NCBI RefSeq assembly: GCF_002197845.1
Contig: NZ_NIDE01000020.1
Location: forward strand, 139,460 to 171,459
DNA length: 32,000 nt
From: Fimbriiglobus ruber
Lineage (GTDB): Bacteria; Planctomycetota; Planctomycetia; Gemmatales; Gemmataceae
Direction of reading: 5' to 3'
Each line of letters opens with the position of its first letter. The stretch's first letter is position 1. Made by a program: the position numbers and the translations under genes. Below are positions 24,905 to 32,000 of the stretch, in pieces. Below the pieces are notes generated by a model. It was not told the DNA's origin. It worked only from the letters and a program-made list of their open reading frames with translations, and ran no database searches.

Positions 24905-26604
24905 CACAGTGCCCGGAAGTTCGTGAGTTTCGGGTAAGCCGTGTACGACCCGCTGCCGAGGTAGTACCACCCGCACCCGGCCGACAGCAGCGTGTTCGCG
25001 TAGGTCGAGTCAGTGGCTGTTATGATCGTGGTCCCGTCGAGCTGGACCGTGATAGATGAACCCAACATGATCACGGTCAGAGTGTGTGTGGCGCTCGCGG
25101 CCCACGAGAAGGTGTAGGCGGTCCCGAGTACCGTCGCCGCGTTGGACACGAACTTTTGTAGGGTGACTTTCCCCGTGTTCGTGTCATAGGCCACCTGATA
25201 CCCGTTCTGGTTGATCGTGCCGGTCCCGAGGCGAGTCCAGATCTCGCCGGCCCAACTGCCCGACGCCGGGGCCGTAAAGTCGCATGAAATCGTGTAATCG
25301 CCCTTCCCCAGGTTCATGTAGCAGATCGTGTTGCCGCTACTCGCCCCGGCTTGAATCAGAGCGTTACCACTAATCTGTCCAGTCCCGCCGACGATTGACC
25401 ACGCCGGCCCCCACGTAGGGGTGTGAGCGGTGATATTCGTACTCGTGGTGTCGATAAAAGCGTCATACGCCGTCATCCCGTTGAACCCGGGACCAGACAC
25501 TAAAGCGCCATAGTTACTAACGATACCGAGCGGCGGACTGAACAGTGCCGTGTTGCCGACATTGACGGCGGTCAATGGGTAGGTACACGCTGCTACGGTG
25601 ACTTTGGCTCCCTGTTGCGACAATACGACCTGAGAATTCCCGTAGAACTGGACCGCTTGAAGTAACGCTTCCCCGCCATACGCCGCACTGACCGCGGCCG
25701 AGGTGCAGTAGGTAATGAGGCCGCCGAAAAGCTGGACGTGGCCCATGCCGGCCGTCAGGTCGATTCCAGCCCCGCAGGCGCTGATACTGAGTCCGGTATT
25801 TGATGAAAAAAAGAATCCGGGTCCATACGTCCGGACTCCGATCGTACACCCGGTGATAGAAATGGTCCCGGAGGTGTTGAGTTCGCCGTCCCCGATTTGG
25901 GCGCCGGTCGTGAGGTTTTCAATCGTGCATGCCGTTATTGTCGTTCGGGACCGTCCCGTCTGGTTGATGCCGGTCTGACCATTGATCGTCGTGCCGTTAA
26001 TTGTGAGATTGGAAACCGTCAATCTCACGTTGTCGGCCGCCACGGTGATGCAAGTGGCCGACGCCGCAACAGTCAATATTGTACTGCTGCCATTAATAAT
26101 CAGACTGCCGCTTTGCGGTCCATTGATCGTGACCGCCGTGTTGGCGAAAGTCTGACTCGCCAGAGCCAGCGTCACGCTATTCGTCGGCGCGACTTCGCAA
26201 TCTCGACAGAATAGTAACGCGTTGGCGATCGTCGTGAACCGGGACGACGTGCCGACCGCCAGGGATACGTTGGCCGCGACGAACCACAGTTTCCAGTACG
26301 TGTAGGCGTCGGTCGTCGGGTCGTTACCCGTGGTCGAGGCGATGCACTGGTAGTAGTTCCCGTCACTCCCGATGACGACGGCTCCGGCCCCGTAGGTCGT
26401 CGTTGACAAGTAAGTTGCTAGACCGTCTTGCAACAGTGCGAACGTCCCGGCCTTGTCCGGGAGCGTAAATGTGCGAGCAGCCGTCAACCCTGTGGGGTCC
26501 ACCACAGCGAGCCCGAGTTCCAAAGCATCGGTGCCCGACTGGAACTCGTCCGACGCGAGAGTCGACGAGTCTCGGTAGAGCGGGCTGCGAGGGGTGCCGG
26601 CCAC
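24904..26604 (-). CDS. Beta-helix-type phage tail fibre/spike-like protein with C-terminal jelly-roll-like part (GTG start)
   Basis: Repeating NVRLTVSNLTINGTTI...TITACTIENLTTGAQIGDG...SISITGCTIG strands; C-terminal GDYTISCDFTAPASGSWAGEIWTRLG...HTLTVIMLGSSITVQLDGTTI. Confidence 0.75.
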   Translation of the reverse strand: MAGTPRSPLYRDSSTLASDEFQSGTDALELGLAVVDPTGLTAARTFTLPDKAGTFALLQDGLATYLSTTTYGAGAVVIGSDGNYYQCIASTTGNDPTTDAYTYWKLWFVAANVSLAVGTSSRFTTIANALLFCRDCEVAPTNSVTLALASQTFANTAVTINGPQSGSLIINGSSTILTVAASATCITVAADNVRLTVSNLTINGTTINGQTGINQTGRSRTTITACTIENLTTGAQIGDGELNTSGTISITGCTIGVRTYGPGFFFSSNTGLSISACGAGIDLTAGMGHVQLFGGLITYCTSAAVSAAYGGEALLQAVQFYGNSQVVLSQQGAKVTVAACTYPLTAVNVGNTALFSPPLGIVSNYGALVSGPGFNGMTAYDAFIDTTSTNITAHTPTWGPAWSIVGGTGQISGNALIQAGASSGNTICYMNLGKGDYTISCDFTAPASGSWAGEIWTRLGTGTINQNGYQVAYDTNTGKVTLQKFVSNAATVLGTAYTFSWAASATHTLTVIMLGSSITVQLDGTTIITATDSTYANTLLSAGCGWYYLGSGSYTAYPKLTNFRAL

Positions 26605-26608
26605 TTAA

Positions 26609-27235
26609 TCACCCCGCCGTCTTGATCGGCGTTTGTGGCTGGAACTGGACCTGCGTTGCAGAGAGGGCCACGCCCAACACCTGGGCCGTCTGCCCCGCGG
26701 TGTACGTCGGGATCGTGGTGGTCCCCACCCCAGCCGTGGCATTCGAGAGGACAACCGTGCTCCCGGGCGTCATCCCGGACACGTTCGAGTTGATCCCGCT
26801 CATGTAGATCGTGTTGGCGGCCGGCGACGTCGACGCTGTAGTAACGTAGCCGTGTGCCCATTTCCCGTTCGTCGTCCCGTCCGCTTTCTGGATTGTCGCG
26901 ACCCCGGAATTGCTCCAGACATGAACCCACGCCCCGGCCGCCAGAGTGTCCGACGTGGGCAACGAAATCGTGTCCGGTCCGACGCCAGTCGGGAGGACGG
27001 TAACGTCGAGTTGGCCCCCGGAATTCAGTAACGGGATCTTTCCCGAACTCCCCGCGCCGGCACTGACAATCGTCGTGTTGAGCAGCGACGTGTCGACCTG
27101 GGCCGACGAATTTAGGGCGACGGGATTGCCAGCTACGGCCTGGGTGTCTGTCGACAATTGGGCCGGGCGAATGTCGTCCAAAATCCCGGTCGTCGGGTCT
27201 CGCCCGGCGAGCATGGTTGCCGTGGAGCTTGACAT
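26609..27235 (-). CDS. Phage minor structural/fibre-like protein
   Basis: SSAQVDTSLLNTTIVSAGAGSSGKIPLLNSGGQLDVTVLPTG... Confidence 0.65.
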   Translation of the reverse strand: MSSSTATMLAGRDPTTGILDDIRPAQLSTDTQAVAGNPVALNSSAQVDTSLLNTTIVSAGAGSSGKIPLLNSGGQLDVTVLPTGVGPDTISLPTSDTLAAGAWVHVWSNSGVATIQKADGTTNGKWAHGYVTTASTSPAANTIYMSGINSNVSGMTPGSTVVLSNATAGVGTTTIPTYTAGQTAQVLGVALSATQVQFQPQTPIKTAG

Positions 27236-27238
27236 TAT

Positions 27239-27799
27239 TTACACCGCGAGGGTTATTGGGGGTTGTGGGTCTATGAACACCGTCTGGGCACCGATTGCGT
27301 ATCCAACAACGAGCGAAAACACGGATGACGGAGCAGTCGGCGGGCTCTGGGTCAACGCCCCTGCCACACCCAGAAAGACTGGACCTAGAGACCAATTCCA
27401 ACTCGGCTCCGTGACAGGTCCGTAAGCCGTCACGTTCACGGTTTCTCCCATGGCCGCCGCACTCGCCGATAACCCGTATGCTTGCGAAAGACTCCCGGTC
27501 TGAGTCGCGTCGGCGTAGACCAAGCCGGTGGCAGTAAGCCGAACAACTCGTTGCCCCCCGATATCGACGGCCGCAATCGCGGTGTACCCGTTCGATCCAC
27601 CTTGCGGGCCGACGGGTCCCTGCTTCCCCTGCGGCCCCTGTCTCCCCGGAGCCAATACATACCTCGGGTCGCTGCGCACCACGACCGCCGGCCCGGCCAC
27701 AACAATCGCATTCTGCGGGGCAGCCGACTCGATCGACTCTTGCGCCACGCCCGCGATCACTTGCGGCTGCTCCTCCGCAATCAGTTCGGGGCCGCTCAT
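27239..27799 (-). CDS. Fibre-like protein with short collagen-like segment
   Basis: APGRQGPQGKQGPVGPQGG; ATGA overlap with the upstream gene. Confidence 0.65.
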   Translation of the reverse strand: MSGPELIAEEQPQVIAGVAQESIESAAPQNAIVVAGPAVVVRSDPRYVLAPGRQGPQGKQGPVGPQGGSNGYTAIAAVDIGGQRVVRLTATGLVYADATQTGSLSQAYGLSASAAAMGETVNVTAYGPVTEPSWNWSLGPVFLGVAGALTQSPPTAPSSVFSLVVGYAIGAQTVFIDPQPPITLAV

Positions 27800-28203
27800 G
27801 GGGGTGCGATCCTCCCCCGGAACGCCGTCATGGACCCATACGCCAACGGGGTCGCCGTCCCTAGCGGGTCAATCGTGTTGAGGGACGGGTTGTAGATGTT
27901 GAGTTGGTACGTCAGCACGACGCACGTCTGCCCAGCCGCCAAGAGCCCACCTGTCTGGATGCCCCACGTCGTGGCTTGCGCGACCGTCCAGTTAATCGCC
28001 CCCGTCGATCCGAGGGTCGCGATGGTCGGCGGGTCTGTTTCGGTCGACAGCGTGAATACGGTGCCACCGCCGCACGGGGCGATCGCCGTGAGGGTCGCCT
28101 TCCACCCCGTCAGGTCGATAGCATTGCCGTTCGGGTCGACGTAAATAACGCCGTCCTCGTACGTCCCGCCGCAAACGAACGAAGTGTCATACTCGACGGC
28201 CAC
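27796..28203 (-). CDS. Hypothetical virion-associated-like protein (GTG start)
   Basis: VAVEYDTSFVCGGTYEDGVIYVDPNGNAIDLTGWKATLTAIAPCGGGTVFTL; GAGG 8 nt upstream of GTG 28203. Confidence 0.55.
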   Translation of the reverse strand: MAVEYDTSFVCGGTYEDGVIYVDPNGNAIDLTGWKATLTAIAPCGGGTVFTLSTETDPPTIATLGSTGAINWTVAQATTWGIQTGGLLAAGQTCVVLTYQLNIYNPSLNTIDPLGTATPLAYGSMTAFRGRIAPP

Positions 28204-28249
28204 GGGCAACACCTCAGTTTGTGCCGGGAACGTGCCGCCCGTTCGGGAA

Positions 28250-28954
28250 CTACGCCGCCACCAACCGCCCCTCCTCCTCCACGTCAGCCGTCGAAGACGC
28301 GGCGCGACGATACACCAGCGGGGCGATCGGCTCGAATAGCCCCAGCCGGCGCCACACCGCGTAATGAGCCAATGCCGCTTCCTTGGAAATGAAGAGGCTG
28401 CACGGCACCGGCTGGACCGCGCGGGAATACCGCCCGTGCTCCCCCCGCGGGTGGTCCAACGGCTGATACCCCCGAGAGACGGGCGGCAGTACGACTTGCG
28501 GCACCCCCCAGACATGAGCCACCAGCCGGAAGCCCCGCTTCGCCAGAACCTTCCGGCCCCGCTCATTGCAAACCACAACATCCGGGTTACCCCGCACCCG
28601 TTGAATCTCGTAGGTGCAGATCTCCCGGCCCCGATACACGGCCACCCAGTTCGGCCCGTAGTGATACCGGCACCAAAGGACGAGGGCATTGACGGCCGCG
28701 ATAACGCTGGGGTAAGTGCCGAACTTCTTCTTGGTGAAAGGGTCGGCCACGCGGAAGGTGGTGCCCTCCGGACGCCGGTAGATGTGGTGGTATCCGATGT
28801 CCGCAATGGGATCTGAGTTGCGGAACTCGTCCCGCTCGGCCTGCGTGATGCGTGCGTTGCCTGAGTGAGCCAATGAATACGACGACACGTCCGCACCCCC
28901 GTGATAGAATTCACGTGAGGCGGTTGCGTTGGGCCGGGGGAACTTGTCCGGCAA
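28250..28954 (-). CDS. Hypothetical protein
   Basis: MPDKFPRPNATASREFYHGGADVSSYSLAHSGNARITQAERDEFRNSDPI... Confidence 0.65.
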   Translation of the reverse strand: MPDKFPRPNATASREFYHGGADVSSYSLAHSGNARITQAERDEFRNSDPIADIGYHHIYRRPEGTTFRVADPFTKKKFGTYPSVIAAVNALVLWCRYHYGPNWVAVYRGREICTYEIQRVRGNPDVVVCNERGRKVLAKRGFRLVAHVWGVPQVVLPPVSRGYQPLDHPRGEHGRYSRAVQPVPCSLFISKEAALAHYAVWRRLGLFEPIAPLVYRRAASSTADVEEEGRLVAA

Positions 28955-29008
28955 AGACTCTCCCCCGGCCTCTCTTCTTGTCCCGTGATTATGTTTGCGA
29001 GGTGGGAA

Positions 29009-29617
29009 CTACCGCTCCCCGTCGTCCGTCATGTGCTCCCTGAGCATCCCCACCGCCTCGCCCATCAACTGATCCACTCGCCCCTGCGTCAGTCCCATGA
29101 TCGTCGCCGTCGTCTTCTTGCTGGCCGGGTCGCCACCGATGCCGGCCCGCAGTTTCACGACCGTTCGATGCGGCTCCGGGAGATATCGAACTGCCTCGCG
29201 CAACTGAACCATCTCCCCCGCCGCGTCCAGCTCCGCTTCGCCGCTCGCCCGCTGGTCGGCTAGCCCTTCCCACCCGTCGTCGTCGTCCTTCGTCTCGACA
29301 AACTGTTTGCCTGTTCGATCGTAGAACCTGACCAGTTCGACGATGGCCCCGCGGATAAACTTTGCCGCGTAGGTGTCGACCGTCTCGCCCCACCCCGGCT
29401 GCCAAGTCGCCGCCGCCTCGCACACCGCCTGAAGCACCGCCGCATTGACTTCGTCCCGCCGAAAGTGCCAGTGCGGGGCGTAGACCATTGCCGCGACCTT
29501 GGGTGCCAGCATCTTCAGAATGGCCAGCGGCTCGGGATAGCGGCGGTAGAAGTCCAAGACGAGCTGTTGCTGGTGCTCGCTGAGGGTCGGCGTGGGGCGT
29601 GGCGGGGGCGTGTCCAC
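29009..29617 (-). CDS. Sigma-70-like / phage sigma-like protein
   Basis: FIRGAIVELVRFYDR (region 2-like), VRYLPEPHRTVVKLRAGIGG...TATIMGLTQGRVDQLMGEAVGMLREHM (region 4-like). Confidence 0.6.
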   Translation of the reverse strand: MDTPPPRPTPTLSEHQQQLVLDFYRRYPEPLAILKMLAPKVAAMVYAPHWHFRRDEVNAAVLQAVCEAAATWQPGWGETVDTYAAKFIRGAIVELVRFYDRTGKQFVETKDDDDGWEGLADQRASGEAELDAAGEMVQLREAVRYLPEPHRTVVKLRAGIGGDPASKKTTATIMGLTQGRVDQLMGEAVGMLREHMTDDGER

Positions 29618-29693
29618 CAGTGGGTGGGACTCCGGACGGGGATAGTTTCGCGTGTTGGTGGATTCTAGCGTGGGGCGTTGCCTGAGTGGCTAA

Positions 29694-30098
29694 TCAATCT
29701 TTCGTCCATCCTGCAATCTCGGCTTCGAGTCGCCTTGTTATCGCGTCCCGCTCACTCTCGGGCGTGACCATCTGGATTCGCAAAATCAGGTTCCGCGCGA
29801 CCCGCTCCTCCAACGTCGCCCCGGGGTAGTAGTTGTAAACCGAGTCCGGCACGGCCGGCGGGACGGCGTTGAGTAACCGCATTTCGCGGACGCCTTCCGC
29901 CAACGTCAGGTGCCCGGCGCGAACATCCTCGATCACTTTCGTCCGCGCGGGATCTTTGGCCACGAGCGGCGACGGCGGATGAGTGGGCTCTGTGTCGACC
30001 CCGTTGCCGCCGGGAGGAGGGCAGGAGTTCACGACCGCTACCAGAACGACGGCCACCACGATCAGTACGCTGGCCATCCTCACGCCGTTGGTAGTCAC
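29694..30098 (-). CDS. Small exported or lipoprotein-like hypothetical protein
   Basis: VTTNGVRMASVLIVVAVVLVAVVNSCPPPGGNG... Confidence 0.5.
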   Translation of the reverse strand: MTTNGVRMASVLIVVAVVLVAVVNSCPPPGGNGVDTEPTHPPSPLVAKDPARTKVIEDVRAGHLTLAEGVREMRLLNAVPPAVPDSVYNYYPGATLEERVARNLILRIQMVTPESERDAITRRLEAEIAGWTKD

Positions 30099-30180
30099 GT
30101 TCGGGCCTGCCGGGGCGAAACTACGGTGCAAACACACCCAGATATTCGCCGCCGGTAGGTGGACATTTGGATCTGCCAGT

Positions 30181-32000
30181 TTATGCCTTCCCCCATTTCC
30201 CCAGCGGGCAGGCTTCCTGCGGATACCACACCTTTCCCGGCTGGTCCTCCTTTTGCCCGGGTGCGAACCCCGCCGGCTTCACGTCGAGCGGACACCCGCA
30301 CTGTGAGCAGCGGTCGTCCTTCCCGCGGGCCGGGCAGATGAGACACAGCGAGTACCGCTCCTTCGCCTTATCCTCGCTGACGAAATGAGAGCCGCCCAAC
30401 CAGTGCCGCACCTTTGCGGCCCCGAAGTTCGCGATCTGCCGGGCGACGTTTGGAAGGTCCGGCTTGTCCTCGGGCCGACACCCGAGAACCATCAGCCCGT
30501 GATTGTTCTCGTACGATTCGAGGACCGTCCACTCCCGATGACTTTCCATGAACTTCGCGAGACCGGCCACGACACCAGGACCGCCGTCGTCCCCCTTGAC
30601 GCCGAACGTGTTGGCGTCCGTACAGTGGACGACGATGTACCGGGAGACCGCGCCGGCCAGTCGGTCAAGGGTCTGGTGGACGGCCGATGCCGTGTGGTGG
30701 GTGTCGAGGAACAGGAGGTCGGTCGGCTCAATCTTTGCCCGGTCGAGATTCGTCACGTCGACCGTCAGCCCCCGGAATCCCGCCTCCCCGCGTTCGGCTG
30801 TGGCACTCTGCCAGTCGGGCTTGACCGCCGTGAAGTAGCTGCAAAACCGCTTGGCCTTGCTCGCTGCGAGAGCCGCGAACGCAGGGGGCTTGAACCACGC
30901 CGATACCTCCGTCACGTGGTCGCACTTGTCGGCCAGTGCCTTCAGCCGCTCTACATGCTCGTGGAAGTCGCTCGGAGTCGCCTTTGCCACAGCGTACAGG
31001 TCCACCAGCGGGGGTGCCTTCGACGTCTGCCCGCACGGGACACACCCAGCGGCAGGCTCTGTCGCTTTCGGCTTCACTACCTCGGCCGGGAACCAGTTCG
31101 GCGCCGGCCCCCAGAACTTGTGATCCGTGATCGGTCGGCCGCTCAGTTGCCCGCTCTTGGCCTCGTAGCAGACGGCCGCGTGCCCTGTGAACACCCCGGG
31201 GGTGTTGACGTGGATGGATGGGGGGCAATTGGGATCAACGGTCAGGCGGACCCACTTCGAGCGGTCACCGTCGTGGTCCGGTTCGAGGATGACGGACCGG
31301 CCGCCCTCCCCCTCCTTGGCCGCCCGCTCCAGGTTCCGGAGGGCAACGCCGGTCCGCATCGTCAGTTGGTGCAACGGCTCGTGACGCTCCTTGACCGCGA
31401 GCCAACCGGTTTCGTTGAGTCCTTCGTAGTTCAGGTTGCTGATGACCGGAGATTCAGGGTTCCTCGCGAGGGCATCCCCGATCCGGTCGAAGTACCCAGG
31501 CGGGTAAAGGACATCGTGTTCGAGGAAGACAATGGCGTCGAACTCAATCGGCCCCTGAACAAGAATGGCCTGTTTGATCTGCTTGACGATGGTAGCGTGG
31601 GAGCGGGTTCGATCCTTCACATCCAAGGTCGTGTTGATAAACGGGTTGCCGGGAATTACCCCCCAATCGCACGTTGAAACAAAAACCTCGTGCCGCCCCC
31701 GCTCGTTGGACTCATCGGCCGCCCGCTTGATCGTCGCGAGGGACCGCTGAAGCAACGCGACCGGCTTCGTGTTGTCCGAGTACCAGACCCCCAGAAGCCG
31801 TTGCTTCTTGATTGGCAACGCCCGTTGGCCGAACGGCTGGATCTTCTCGGCCTGAACTGCAACTTGCTCGAACTGCAGCCGCGGGAACGCCGAATGATTG
31901 CCTGCTAGCAGCGACGGTGAGCCGCTGTTGACGTGCGCCGTCCAAACCTGCTCCGTCGCCTCGATCCCCAATTCCCGGTGCCCGATCAGGAGGTTCCTGA
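30181..32000 (-). CDS. Multidomain glycosyltransferase-like / class-I methyltransferase-like / zinc-ribbon fusion; open at the window edge
   Basis: GT-A-like LLGVWYSDNTKPVALLQRSLATI...FDAIVFLEHDVLYPPGYFDRI; methyltransferase-like CDHVTEVSAWF...DLLFLDTHHTASAVHQTLDRL; CLICPARGKDDRCSQCGCPL. Frame stays open upstream of 31971 (RNLLIGHRELGIEATE). Confidence 0.65.
   Translation of the reverse strand, partial: RNLLIGHRELGIEATEQVWTAHVNSGSPSLLAGNHSAFPRLQFEQVAVQAEKIQPFGQRALPIKKQRLLGVWYSDNTKPVALLQRSLATIKRAADESNERGRHEVFVSTCDWGVIPGNPFINTTLDVKDRTRSHATIVKQIKQAILVQGPIEFDAIVFLEHDVLYPPGYFDRIGDALARNPESPVISNLNYEGLNETGWLAVKERHEPLHQLTMRTGVALRNLERAAKEGEGGRSVILEPDHDGDRSKWVRLTVDPNCPPSIHVNTPGVFTGHAAVCYEAKSGQLSGRPITDHKFWGPAPNWFPAEVVKPKATEPAAGCVPCGQTSKAPPLVDLYAVAKATPSDFHEHVERLKALADKCDHVTEVSAWFKPPAFAALAASKAKRFCSYFTAVKPDWQSATAERGEAGFRGLTVDVTNLDRAKIEPTDLLFLDTHHTASAVHQTLDRLAGAVSRYIVVHCTDANTFGVKGDDGGPGVVAGLAKFMESHREWTVLESYENNHGLMVLGCRPEDKPDLPNVARQIANFGAAKVRHWLGGSHFVSEDKAKERYSLCLICPARGKDDRCSQCGCPLDVKPAGFAPGQKEDQPGKVWYPQEACPLGKWGKA

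Larger units (their letters stand above)
5409..32000. mobile_element. Putative prophage or phage-derived integrative element, right end outside the window
   Basis: Integrase next to tRNA-Ser, dense small overlapping genes, divergent regulator region, PhoH-like, sigma-like and fibre-like genes; no terminase, portal or capsid recognised. Confidence 0.65.

Noticed and set aside
30385-31677. 430-aa plus-strand ORF
   Set aside because: Antisense shadow of the glycosyltransferase/methyltransferase-like gene
1-32000. CRISPR array, diversity-generating retroelement or known defence system
   Set aside because: No regularly spaced repeats, reverse transcriptase, TR/VR pair or recognisable defence effector seen by eye

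Overview
High-GC planctomycete-like (Gemmata-like) accessory DNA, judged from protein style, TIGR02996-like domains and 'CGPxGC' secreted proteins. Left part (~1-5.3 kb): an XRE-type HTH gene, a frame-disrupted DnaQ-like exonuclease, and an integration module in which a tyrosine recombinase (3862..5217, -) overlaps a large serine recombinase (1937..3865, -) by an ATGA junction. This module abuts the 3' end of a tRNA-Ser(UGA) gene (5321..5408, -). A second, unrelated tyrosine integrase (5443..6591, -) abuts the 5' side of the same tRNA. It starts a phage-like element that fills the rest of the window and runs off its right edge. That element has two forward promoters of nearly identical design (TTGACAC-N15-CTAATAT), a divergent regulatory region near 11.6-11.8 kb with RHH and HNH-like/XRE proteins, and many small, often overlapping genes. 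It also carries a PhoH-like ATPase, a sigma-like protein, beta-helix and collagen-like fibre proteins, and a glycosyltransferase/methyltransferase-like/zinc fusion. The most unusual items are: (a) a HAD-like phosphatase fused to a C-terminal domain resembling the multiubiquitin-type beta-grasp fold (18326..18988); (b) a papain-like (C1A) cysteine protease 0.5 kb away (19461..20651); (c) the coupled tyrosine/serine recombinase pair at a tRNA-Ser flanked by integrases on both sides. No terminase, portal or capsid gene was recognised, so 'prophage' is an inference. All family calls are by eye from motifs; no database search was run.
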